Shown piece after piece: positions 25,787 through 34,203 of a stretch of 63,952 nucleotides of DNA; position 1 is the stretch's first letter, and each line of letters begins with the position of its first letter. Location of the stretch: the NCBI GenBank assembly GCA_023701005.1, contig JAMPXW010000004.1, positions 1-63,952 of the forward strand, written 5' to 3'. The notes under the pieces are model-generated. The model saw only the letters and a program-made list of their open reading frames with translations. It was not told where the DNA came from and ran no database searches. The DNA is from Burkholderiales bacterium (GTDB lineage: Bacteria; Patescibacteriota; Minisyncoccia; Phycocordibacterales; UBA9973). The position numbers were made by a program, and so were the translations under genes.

Positions 25787-27016
25787 CTACTTCAAACGAA
25801 GATTGCCCTTGGCTTTGATACTAGATGTTTTTGGTGTTTTTCCATGCCTATCGGCAGGCAAGTTATTTTTTTTTATATATTGTAAATAGCCGGCGATGCC
25901 TATCATAATCGAATTGTCTCCAGTCAATTTCTTTTCTGGGAAAAGAAGGGCGACATCTTTGTTTATAGATTTTTTTATTTCCCTTTGTAAATGTTCATTA
26001 CAAGAAACTCCTCCCGCGACTATCAGTGTTTTGGGTTTATATTTTTCTATAGCTTTTTTTGTTTTATGAGTTAATGTTTCTACAACGGCATTTTCAAATT
26101 CTAAAGCTATGGCTTGTTTTACTTTTTCATTTTGTAAGATGTTTTGATTTTCTTTTTTAAGATCACGAATTAAATAGAGCACAGCGGTCTTTAATCCTGA
26201 AAAAGAAAAATCAAAATTTTTACTATAAATCATAGGACGAGGCAAAGAAAAAGAAAAATAATTTTTACGGGGTGTCTCGCAGGCTGAAGAGCCGAGAGGC
26301 AGCGCTCCGCGAGCACGCGGAGACAGCGACCCCGCAGGAATTGATTTTTCTTTTTCTTTGCCTTCATTTTCTTTCCTTTCTTCTTCTGCTAATTTTGAAA
26401 TTTGTGGACCGCCCGGGTATGTAAGTCCCATCATTCTCGCTACTTTGTCATAAGCTTCTCCAGCAGCATCATCCAATGTTTCTCCTATTATTTTATAATT
26501 CAACCAGTCTTTAGATAAGATTAATTCTGTATGTCCTCCAGATACGAGTAAGGATAAGACAGGGAAGTTTACTTTTGGTATTTTGAATGAACCTTCAGAT
26601 TTACCAAAGACAGACATTATATGTCCTTCCATGTGATTTACGGGAATGATGGGTATTTTGTATTTTTCAGATAATTCTTTAGCGAAAACAATTCCCGTCC
26701 AAAGTGAAGGCTCTAGTCCTGGTCCATAAGTGACGGCTATTAAATCTATGGGTTTCTTTTTTTTATCTAATCTACTTTTCTCTAGTGCATCTTGTAAGAG
26801 TATTGGTAAATTTTTTATGTGTTCTCTTTTAGCGAGCATGGGGAAGACACCGCCATATTGTGCATGGATATTTATTTGGGAATTTGAAGTGTTAGCTAAT
26901 ATTTTAAAAGAAGCCTGTCTCGCTCTGCCAAGGCGGGCATTTTTTATAGCTCCCTTAGCTTCAAATATGGTTATGGCTGTGTCATCACAACTTGTTTCTA
27001 TGCTAAGTATTTTCAT
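25787..27016 (-). CDS. tsaD: tRNA N6-threonylcarbamoyladenosine synthase TsaD, carrying extra in-frame segments
   Basis: ILSIETSCDDTA, GGVFP, PVNHMEGH, SGGHTE and GPGLE.. motifs. The start is taken at MKILSIE (27016). It looks longer than I would expect for TsaD. Confidence 0.9.
   Translation of the reverse strand: MKILSIETSCDDTAITIFEAKGAIKNARLGRARQASFKILANTSNSQINIHAQYGGVFPMLAKREHIKNLPILLQDALEKSRLDKKKKPIDLIAVTYGPGLEPSLWTGIVFAKELSEKYKIPIIPVNHMEGHIMSVFGKSEGSFKIPKVNFPVLSLLVSGGHTELILSKDWLNYKIIGETLDDAAGEAYDKVARMMGLTYPGGPQISKLAEEERKENEGKEKEKSIPAGSLSPRARGALPLGSSACETPRKNYFSFSLPRPMIYSKNFDFSFSGLKTAVLYLIRDLKKENQNILQNEKVKQAIALEFENAVVETLTHKTKKAIEKYKPKTLIVAGGVSCNEHLQREIKKSINKDVALLFPEKKLTGDNSIMIGIAGYLQYIKKNNLPADRHGKTPKTSSIKAKGNLRLK
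26268..26338. repeat. About 70-bp GC-rich imperfect palindromic block inside tsaD
   Basis: CGGGGTGTCTCGCAGGCTGAAGAGCCGAGAGGCAGCGCTCCGCGAGCACGCGGAGACAGCGACCCCGCAGG. Inner hairpin CTCCGCG-agca-CGCGGAG. Outer pairings CGGGGT/ACCCCG and GTCTC/GAGAC. Confidence 0.8.
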
Positions 27017-27092
27017 CCCATTAGAAGTTATTCTCAATAATTAATGTTTATATCAATATTCGCCCGTTGGTGAACTTCTAACGGGACACGTG

Positions 27093-27165
27093 TGGGCGGC
27101 ACAGGAATCGAACCTGTCGCCTTGTCTACGTCAAAGACACGCTCTACCAAATGAGCTAGCCGCCC
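27093..27165 (-). tRNA. tRNA-Val(GAC)
   Basis: Acceptor GGGCGGC/GCCGCCC, anticodon loop TTGACGT, T arm ACAGG-TTCGATT-CCTGT. Confidence 0.9.
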
Positions 27166-27176
27166 TTAAGTTTTGA

Positions 27177-27920
27177 TTATACAGCAATCTTTTCTAATAT
27201 TTCAAGTTCTTCTTTGGAATTAGCCCCCAAAGCTTCATGTGGATCTATTTTTATGGTTTCTATGATATCTTCGTTTTTTGAAGCTATTTTGAAAAGGTCA
27301 GTAAGATAATATTCATTTTGAGCATTGTTGTTTTTTATTTTTTCTAAATTTTGCCAAAGCCATTTTGCGTCGAAAGCATAACATCCAGCATTTACTTCTT
27401 TTATTTCTTTTTCTTTATCGCTAGCGTCTTTGTTTTCTCTTATCCCTATCACTTCATTATTTTTTCTTAATATTCTTCCAAAATTAGAAAATGATTTTCT
27501 CCATTCTTTGAAATCGGGTAATTCTGTCGTTGTAAAAGTTATTTTACTTTTTGAAGTTAAATGTTTCTCCATTAAATTTTTTATAGTTTTAGGAGATATT
27601 AAAGGTTGATCTCCAGACAACACTACGACATGATCTGCTTTCTCACACATATTTTTTGCTGAGAATACAGCATGCCCAGTTCCTAATTGTTCTTCTTGTA
27701 TTGCATAAAAACATGAATCTTTTAATTCAGACTTAACTAATTCTCGGCCGTGGCCTATTATTGCGATTGGCTTTTTGTGAAATGCTTTTTCGATGGAGGA
27801 TAGAATGTGTTTTATCATTGGCTTCTTTTTAAATTCTATTAAAACCTTTGGTAGATCACTTTGCATTCTTTTTCCTTTTCCAGCAGCCAAAATCAATATT
27901 TCAAAATTATCTTTTTTCAT
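27177..27920 (-). CDS. Sugar-phosphate nucleotidyltransferase, GlmU N-terminal-domain-like (no acetyltransferase domain)
   Basis: ILAAGKGKRM, LPKVL and LSGDQPLI motifs. The start is taken at MKKDNFEIL. Confidence 0.8.
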   Translation of the reverse strand: MKKDNFEILILAAGKGKRMQSDLPKVLIEFKKKPMIKHILSSIEKAFHKKPIAIIGHGRELVKSELKDSCFYAIQEEQLGTGHAVFSAKNMCEKADHVVVLSGDQPLISPKTIKNLMEKHLTSKSKITFTTTELPDFKEWRKSFSNFGRILRKNNEVIGIRENKDASDKEKEIKEVNAGCYAFDAKWLWQNLEKIKNNNAQNEYYLTDLFKIASKNEDIIETIKIDPHEALGANSKEELEILEKIAV

Positions 27921-28044
27921 GTAAGTCTGATTATATATCAAAAGGGGAGTTTTTTTTATTGACGTTGTATCTCTTATGTGGTATTCTCTTATTTGAAAAA
28001 GATCTTACAAAACTAAAATAAACAAATAAATAAAAGAGGTGGGT

Positions 28045-28275
28045 ATGAGCAACTTAACTCCTTCTCAAGCTAATATTATTACTTATTTTGCAGCTTGTGT
28101 AATAGTGATATGCTGGATTTCTTATTATCTTATTATAAAAAGAAATAAGAGATTAGGATATGTAATTCAAAATGGTACTCTCAAATTAAGTAAAGCAGCG
28201 CATGTTTTTTTAACTATTGTCTTTTCTGTGGCGGTGGTTTTCTTAATTGGATTTTTAATATTGTTTAAAAGTTAA
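28045..28275 (+). CDS. Small 2-TM membrane protein (hypothetical)
   Basis: ATG preceded by an AAGAGGTGGG RBS. Two hydrophobic helices. Confidence 0.55.
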   Translation: MSNLTPSQANIITYFAACVIVICWISYYLIIKRNKRLGYVIQNGTLKLSKAAHVFLTIVFSVAVVFLIGFLILFKS

Positions 28276-28285
28276 TGGAGGTCTT

Positions 28286-28495
28286 GTGAACTTTAATTTA
28301 TTACAGAATGCCTTGATCGTGTTGGTTTTACCTATTGCTGTTTTTTCAGTTTTATCTTGGTTTGTCTTAATTTTAGAAGATAAAGCAGGGTTGAGCTTAA
28401 GTATAAAAATGGCTAAGAGGATCGAAAGAACTTCAAAGATTTTATCTTTTTCTTTTGCAGCTGCTTTAATTTTTGTTCGTTTGTTTTTTAAGTAG
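28286..28495 (+). CDS. Small 2-TM membrane protein (hypothetical)
   Basis: GTG start 6 nt after GGAGG. Two hydrophobic helices. A terminator follows. Confidence 0.5.
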   Translation: MNFNLLQNALIVLVLPIAVFSVLSWFVLILEDKAGLSLSIKMAKRIERTSKILSFSFAAALIFVRLFFK

Positions 28496-28506
28496 AATTC
28501 GTAGAG

Positions 28507-28535
28507 AATCCTCTTTCCTTTTAGGAAAGGGGATT
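28507..28535 (+). terminator. Intrinsic terminator
   Basis: 13-bp stem AATCCTCTTTCCT/AGGAAAGGGGATT (one G-T pair) with a 3-nt loop, followed by T-rich sequence. Confidence 0.7.
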
Positions 28536-28564
28536 TAATTTTGGGTTTTTGATATAATTTAAAT

Positions 28565-29128
28565 ATGATAGAAAATTTCTTAAATAAAAAACCTGAGAAT
28601 CAAATTAAAGAAAATAATGAAGAATTAGAATTGCATATAGAAATTGCCAAAGAAGGTGATTGGGAAGATTATAGACGAATCAGACTCGAAGCTATTGAAA
28701 AAGAACCCAATGCCTATCATGCCACAGAAGAAAGTAAAAAATTAGAATCTAATTATTCAGAAGAGAAATGGAAGAAAGATTTGACAGGGGATGATACTTT
28801 TGTAGCTCTTTCAAAAAATAAAGATGTCCCTGTCGGCATGGCTCATGCTTTGGTGAGAAGTGAAACTAAAGATGATTGGGCTGTGAGAAGTGTTTATTTA
28901 AATAAGAAATTTAGAGGCAGAGGGCATGGAGAAGAAATAATGAATTTTTTGTTGAATGAAATAAAGAGGAGGGGAGGTAAAAGGGTGACACTTAATGTCA
29001 TAAATACCCAGAAAGAGGCTAAAATGCTTTATGAAAAGCTAGGGTTTGAATCCATAGAAGAATTTCCTGCTGAAGAAGAAAATGGAATTATTTTCCCCGG
29101 AGGCTTTTGGATGAAAAAAGAAATATAA
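28565..29128 (+). CDS. GNAT-family N-acetyltransferase
   Basis: The acetyl-CoA motif ..KKFRGRGHGEEIMNFLL..A..LYEKLGF. Confidence 0.85.
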   Translation: MIENFLNKKPENQIKENNEELELHIEIAKEGDWEDYRRIRLEAIEKEPNAYHATEESKKLESNYSEEKWKKDLTGDDTFVALSKNKDVPVGMAHALVRSETKDDWAVRSVYLNKKFRGRGHGEEIMNFLLNEIKRRGGKRVTLNVINTQKEAKMLYEKLGFESIEEFPAEEENGIIFPGGFWMKKEI

Positions 29129-29176
29129 AAAGAAAACCCCTTGCGAAACGGGGCTTCCGTTTAACAAGAGGCTAAT

Positions 29177-29668
29177 TTAATCAAATGCCATTACAGTTTT
29201 TTGGAAATTATTTATTCTTTCTTTCCATAAAGAAAAGAATTTTTTTATTTTTGATTCTTTTACTTGTTCCTTTTCGTGAGAATCACTGGGGGGAATACTA
29301 CCAGCTAGTATACTTAATTTTAATTCCTCAATATCTGCGATTCCTTCCCAAGAGGAGGTTTCCATTTTAAACAAGTATTTATCATCTTCATAAGAAAACC
29401 ATGATAATACAGCAATTGCTTTTTTGAACTTATATACTCCGAGTTCTCGTTTTGTATTTTTTAATACTGGATAGAAATATTCGGTAGCTTTAACAAAGAA
29501 ATTTTTAAGTTCTTCGTTATTTTTAATAAGATCAAAATCAATAGGCACCCTTACGTATGGTAGAGGCTCATTACCTACTGTGATTATTTCTAGTGTACCT
29601 AATTTTTGGTTACTGTTATTATTGAGGGCTTCTTCTTTTAAGTAAATGTACATATGCTTGCTATCCAT
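29177..29668 (-). CDS. Hypothetical protein
   Basis: 163-aa ORF with no recognisable motif and no clear RBS. Confidence 0.45.
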   Translation of the reverse strand: MDSKHMYIYLKEEALNNNSNQKLGTLEIITVGNEPLPYVRVPIDFDLIKNNEELKNFFVKATEYFYPVLKNTKRELGVYKFKKAIAVLSWFSYEDDKYLFKMETSSWEGIADIEELKLSILAGSIPPSDSHEKEQVKESKIKKFFSLWKERINNFQKTVMAFD

Positions 29669-29759
29669 CAGTCGATAGTAGAATTATTTCTACAATTCGC
29701 CTAGGTATAGACTCTCCGTAGAAGACTATATCATATTAAAATAGTTTTGTCAAACTTTG

Positions 29760-29831
29760 TGACCCTACAGAGAATCGAACTCTGATTACCGCCTTGAAAA
29801 GGCGATGTCCTAACCGTTAGACGATAGGGCC
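29760..29831 (-). tRNA. tRNA-Glu(UUC)
   Basis: Acceptor GGCCCTA/TAGGGTC, anticodon loop TTTTCAA, T arm CAGAG-TTCGATT-CTCTG. Confidence 0.9.
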
Positions 29832-29885
29832 AATAATTATTTACTTTTCAAAATAAAATTTAACATACCTACTTGGCCTTTTTAA

Positions 29886-29933
29886 GAAAAGGCGATGTCC
29901 GCTGTGTTCTAACTTGGTTAGACGATAGGGCCA
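29886..29933 (-). pseudogene. Degenerate copy of the 5' half of tRNA-Glu(UUC)
   Basis: GAAAAGGCGATGTCC (15/15) + 8-nt insert + CTAAC + TTG + GTTAGACGATAGGGCCA (17/17) compared with 29797-29832. There is no 3' half. Confidence 0.8.
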
Positions 29934-30134
29934 AATTGGATATCTTTATATTATATTATTTTTGAAAAAAGTGCAAAAAATGGTAAATTGAATGACATGG
30001 AGATGTGGCTATGAAATATGAACTGCTTCATATTTCATCTGATTCTGCTTTTGCAGAAATATCTAATATGCTTTAGCATAAAGATATAGGGAAGGGCCCG
30101 AGAGGGCACGAAGACACAACGACGAGTGCAACGA

Positions 30135-30221
30135 GGAGATGTGGCTGAGTGGTTGAAGGCACCGCTCTCGAAAAGCGGCATACCTGAAAAGGTATCGGAG
30201 GTTCAAATCCTCCCATCTCCG
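30135..30221 (+). tRNA. tRNA-Ser(CGA), class II with a long variable arm
   Basis: Acceptor GGAGATG/CATCTCC, anticodon loop CTCGAAA, variable arm CATACCTGAAAAGGTATC, T loop TTCAAAT. A hairpin and T-run follow at about 30231-30268. Confidence 0.9.
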
Positions 30222-30425
30222 CAAAATAAAAAACCCGTATCGTATTATTTTGTACGTCGGGTTTTTTTGAATAAATTTTGGAAAATATGTAAATTCTTTC
30301 CACTTATTGATAATAGAAGAAAGAAAAAAAGTATAAAAGAAATATAAACATATTTATAGTAATAACAAAATAGTAAGATTATTATGATTATTACTATAAC
30401 TGAAATAAGGCTTAGGATTTCTTTC

Positions 30426-30626
30426 TTAATTATTTTTTTCAAATGAACCCTCCTTTTTCTTGTTAAATTTTAAAGCTAATATCAGCATGAGAGATATCAA
30501 CAATCCAAATGATAAATATCTGTTTGCTAAAATTAGATTTTGAAACCACTTTTCTATTATACAACCAGCAATCAGGTTTTCAACAAAAATTGAAAAGATA
30601 AAAGATAAAAAAATAATTTTTTTCAT
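30426..30626 (-). CDS. Small membrane/secreted protein (hypothetical)
   Basis: ATG (MKKIIFLSF..) lies 6 nt after GGAG. Hydrophobic N-terminus and a second hydrophobic helix. Confidence 0.45.
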   Translation of the reverse strand: MKKIIFLSFIFSIFVENLIAGCIIEKWFQNLILANRYLSFGLLISLMLILALKFNKKKEGSFEKNN

Positions 30627-30710
30627 TTTGTACTCCATTCAATGTTTTTCCATATAAAAATAACATTTTTTATGATAAATGTCAAAAAAGAGGGGATTAT
30701 ATATTAAATA

Positions 30711-31655
30711 TTATTTAGTATGAATATGAACGTAAATATCTTCCAAAGCTCTTACTGCATCGCCTGCGGCTATGTTGTTTTGATGATACAAGACATCAGT
30801 ACAATCTCCAGCAGCCCAGATACCAGATACTTCTGTTTTTTGATCTAATGGATTTATTTTTATATGACCCATAGCATCCAAAGGAACTAAATCTTTAACG
30901 AAGCTAGTGTTTGGTATTTGTCCGATTTCAACGAATATTCCAGATACTTTCAATTCTTTTTCTTCATTGTTTATTTTATCTTTGTAAATCAAACCATCTA
31001 CAAATTTATCTCCTTTGATTTCAGTGACTGCCACATTCTTTATTGCAGTTATTTTAGGATTTTTAAGAACTTTTTCTACTGTTATAGAGTCAGCTCTAAA
31101 TACGTCGCTTCGGTGCAATATGGTGACAGATTTACAATAAGCAGCAAGTTGAGAAGCACTTTCAAAAGCAGAATTACCTCCACCAATGACAGCCACATCC
31201 ATATCAGCAAATAAAGGCCCATCACAAGTAGCACAATAGGTGAGTCCTTTGTGTTCTAGTTTGTCTGCATTTAATGCATCCAATTTTCTTCTTCCACTTC
31301 CTGTTGTTACCAAAATAGTTTTAGTTAAAAATTCTTTTTCATCGTTTGTCTTTACGACGAATAATTCTTCTTTTTTGGATATGGAACTAACAATGTTGCC
31401 TTCTTTTACTTCTAAAGTAGAATTTGGATTTGTTTCATTTGTAGAATTTGCTAATACATGATTTTTAAGATTATTTGCTAAATCAGCTCCAGATATAGCA
31501 GTAGTACCTATCCAATTATAGATAGTTTCAGACACGACAGATTGGCCACCCCATTCTTTTATTATGAGTAAAGTTTTAAGTCTTTTTCTGGATGCATATA
31601 CAGCAGCAGCAGCTCCTGCAGGCCCTCCACCTATTATTATTAAATCGTAATTCAT
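30711..31655 (-). CDS. trxB: Thioredoxin-disulfide reductase
   Basis: GGGPAGAAAA FAD motif, CATCDG redox centre, GGGNSAFE NADPH motif. The start is taken at MNYDLIIIG. Confidence 0.92.
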   Translation of the reverse strand: MNYDLIIIGGGPAGAAAAVYASRKRLKTLLIIKEWGGQSVVSETIYNWIGTTAISGADLANNLKNHVLANSTNETNPNSTLEVKEGNIVSSISKKEELFVVKTNDEKEFLTKTILVTTGSGRRKLDALNADKLEHKGLTYCATCDGPLFADMDVAVIGGGNSAFESASQLAAYCKSVTILHRSDVFRADSITVEKVLKNPKITAIKNVAVTEIKGDKFVDGLIYKDKINNEEKELKVSGIFVEIGQIPNTSFVKDLVPLDAMGHIKINPLDQKTEVSGIWAAGDCTDVLYHQNNIAAGDAVRALEDIYVHIHTK

Positions 31656-31716
31656 TTTATTATTATAGCATAATAGCAAAATTCCCTAAAAGATTTTAGG
31701 GAATTTTGTGTAGTTA

Positions 31717-32931
31717 TTAATTTTTCTTTCTTCTTAAGAATGCCGGTACGGCGCTCCAATCTTCAGTGTCATCATCTATTATTATTTCTTCTGCAGGCTC
31801 TGTCTTTTTTTCGATTTTTTTTAAGAATTCATTTCCATTGTTTGTATTAGAATTCAAATTTGAACTTTGGATTGTGTTGTGAATTTCTTTTACAGCTTTT
31901 GCAGCATTTTCTTCTTTTAATACTGTTTGATTTGTTGTAGGAGCACTACTAAAAAGATTCTTTACACGTGGCAATTCATTTGCGAAACTTGTAGCGATAA
32001 CTGTCACTTTCAATTCTCCTTTTTTCAATTTTTCATCTCTGATAGTACCGAAGATCACTTTGGCATCTTTGTCGATAGATTCGGTGATTATTTTTGCAGC
32101 TTCTTGTATTTCATGTATTGTGATGTCGTCTCCTCCAGATATAGCAAACAAAACACCCTTTGCTCCATTGATAGAAACTTCTAATAGGGGAGAATTGATA
32201 GCTTGTAAGGCTGCTTTTGGCGCCCTGCCGTCTCCTGAAGCGAGTCCTATTCCCATGAGGGCACTTCCAGCATCACTCATAATAGCTCTTATATCAGCAA
32301 AGTCGACATTAATGACTCCAGGTGTGGTGATGAGATCTGAAATACCTTCGACAGCTTGACGTAGCACATCATCACAAGTAGCGAATGCATCTTTGAAATT
32401 TGTTGTCTTGTCTGCTAGTTGAATTAATTTATCATTTGGAATGATGATGATAGCGTCCACTTCTTTTGCTAAATCTTCAATTCCTTTTTCTGCGATTTTC
32501 ATTCTGTGATTTCCTTCAAAGAAGAATGGTTTTGTGACGACGCCGACAGTGAGTATGCCTTGTTCTTTTGCTGCACGAGCGACAATAGGAGCAGCGCCTG
32601 TTCCTGTGCCTCCTCCCATTCCACAAGCTATGAATATCATGTCCGCACCTTTTATAGTATCTTGGATTTCTGATTTAGTTTCTTCAGCAGCTTTTTTACC
32701 AATTTCAGGATTCATCCCAGCTCCTAACCCTTTTGTTAAGTTTTTGCCGATATGTATTTTCTTTTCGGCTAGGGAATGATGAAGGTCTTGAGTATCAGTG
32801 TTCATACATATAAATGAGACACCTTTTACTTTGGAGTTAATCATGTGGTTTATGGCATTTTTGCCGGATCCACCGACTCCGATGACCATAATACGAGCAA
32901 AGCTTTCTATTTCCGGGTTTAATTTAGGCAT
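31717..32931 (-). CDS. ftsZ: Cell division protein FtsZ
   Basis: GVGGSGKNA, GMGGGTGTGAAP tubulin signature, C-terminal ..PAFLRRKK. Confidence 0.97.
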   Translation of the reverse strand: MPKLNPEIESFARIMVIGVGGSGKNAINHMINSKVKGVSFICMNTDTQDLHHSLAEKKIHIGKNLTKGLGAGMNPEIGKKAAEETKSEIQDTIKGADMIFIACGMGGGTGTGAAPIVARAAKEQGILTVGVVTKPFFFEGNHRMKIAEKGIEDLAKEVDAIIIIPNDKLIQLADKTTNFKDAFATCDDVLRQAVEGISDLITTPGVINVDFADIRAIMSDAGSALMGIGLASGDGRAPKAALQAINSPLLEVSINGAKGVLFAISGGDDITIHEIQEAAKIITESIDKDAKVIFGTIRDEKLKKGELKVTVIATSFANELPRVKNLFSSAPTTNQTVLKEENAAKAVKEIHNTIQSSNLNSNTNNGNEFLKKIEKKTEPAEEIIIDDDTEDWSAVPAFLRRKKN

Positions 32932-33039
32932 ATATTTTTAGGTTATTTATTGATAAATTTGTTAATTTTTATATATCTTATAATAGCAGAAAAAAAGGGG
33001 GACGCAACCCCCATTCTGTTCTTTAAGTTTATATTTAAT

Positions 33040-34203
33040 TTATGGCATTAGTTGTTTGATATTTGATTTTAAAATGCCTTTTATGTTTTTTAAAATGTTT
33101 TGGAAAGATCCATCAGGATATGAATCATCATTTTCGTCTGGCATAATGAGCCCCAGTACTGTAAACCATGAAGGATCACGAAGTTTTGTTTTGGTGTTAT
33201 TAAAAATTTCTGTTGAACCTATTTTTGAAGGTAGTCTTAATGCTTCTTTTGAAAAATTTTCTAATGAAGGAATATTTGCTCCGCCTCCGATGAAAACAAT
33301 CCCAGCAGGGAGTAATTCATTTCTTTTTATTTTTTTCAAATGATTTTCTATCAATTCAAAAACATCAAACAACCTAGCTTCTATTATTTCATCCAATTTT
33401 TTCTTTGAATAATCTTCTCCTATGTTCCCAAGCTTAAATCTTTCAGCATTTTCTAATGAAATTTTCATACCTAATGCGATGTCATTTGTTATGTCACTGC
33501 CACCTATAGAAAATGTGTGCATAGATACCAAGGTTCCGTTTTCAAAGACTGACAAAGACACTGTCTCAGAGCCTATATCTACCAATGCACTACCCACTAT
33601 CTTTTGTTTCTCAGAAAGGGCTATATTGCTTCCTGCCAAAGAAGATACGATGATATCTATGGGTTCTACTCCTGCCAATGTCACAACTTCTAATAAGTCT
33701 TCAAAATGTGAATTGGAGCAAGTTATGAATAATGCTTTGACTTCTAATTTTGTTCCACGCATTCCTTCAGGCCTTCCCAATATTTCTTTTCCATCTAGTT
33801 TGAAAGAGAGAGGAATAGATTTAATTATTTTTTTATTATTTAAATTTAAATTATCTTCGCAATCTTGAAGAGCTTTGTTGATATCTAGATTTGTGACTTC
33901 TCCATCTGCTTTAGATACGATGCCGACTCCGCTTACAGTGTCTCCGCGTAAAGTCACTCCGCCGATCGATACAAAAGCGCGTCTGATTTTTATACCAGAA
34001 CTTTTTTCTGCTAGAGAGATAGCATTTTTAAGCGAGCTCACAGCTTCATGAACATTTATTACATATCCATGTCGCATTCCTTTTGATTCACTTTCACCAA
34101 CACCAATAACCTTAGGATTTTTTTCTCCTTTTAGAAATTCTCCCACCACGACTCTTGTCGTCGTGGATCCTATATCTATTCCTATAGAAATATTTCTTAT
34201 CAT
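33040..34203 (-). CDS. ftsA: Cell division protein FtsA
   Basis: Actin-like fold with IDIGSTTTRVVVGE and VDIGSETVSLSVF. Located directly upstream of ftsZ. Confidence 0.92.
   Translation of the reverse strand: MIRNISIGIDIGSTTTRVVVGEFLKGEKNPKVIGVGESESKGMRHGYVINVHEAVSSLKNAISLAEKSSGIKIRRAFVSIGGVTLRGDTVSGVGIVSKADGEVTNLDINKALQDCEDNLNLNNKKIIKSIPLSFKLDGKEILGRPEGMRGTKLEVKALFITCSNSHFEDLLEVVTLAGVEPIDIIVSSLAGSNIALSEKQKIVGSALVDIGSETVSLSVFENGTLVSMHTFSIGGSDITNDIALGMKISLENAERFKLGNIGEDYSKKKLDEIIEARLFDVFELIENHLKKIKRNELLPAGIVFIGGGANIPSLENFSKEALRLPSKIGSTEIFNNTKTKLRDPSWFTVLGLIMPDENDDSYPDGSFQNILKNIKGILKSNIKQLMP

Noticed and set aside
30245-30442. 65-aa hydrophobic ORF (TTG start) downstream of tRNA-Ser.
   Set aside because: It has no ATG or RBS, an extremely low-complexity I/L/F/K composition, and it overlaps the tRNA-Ser terminator region.
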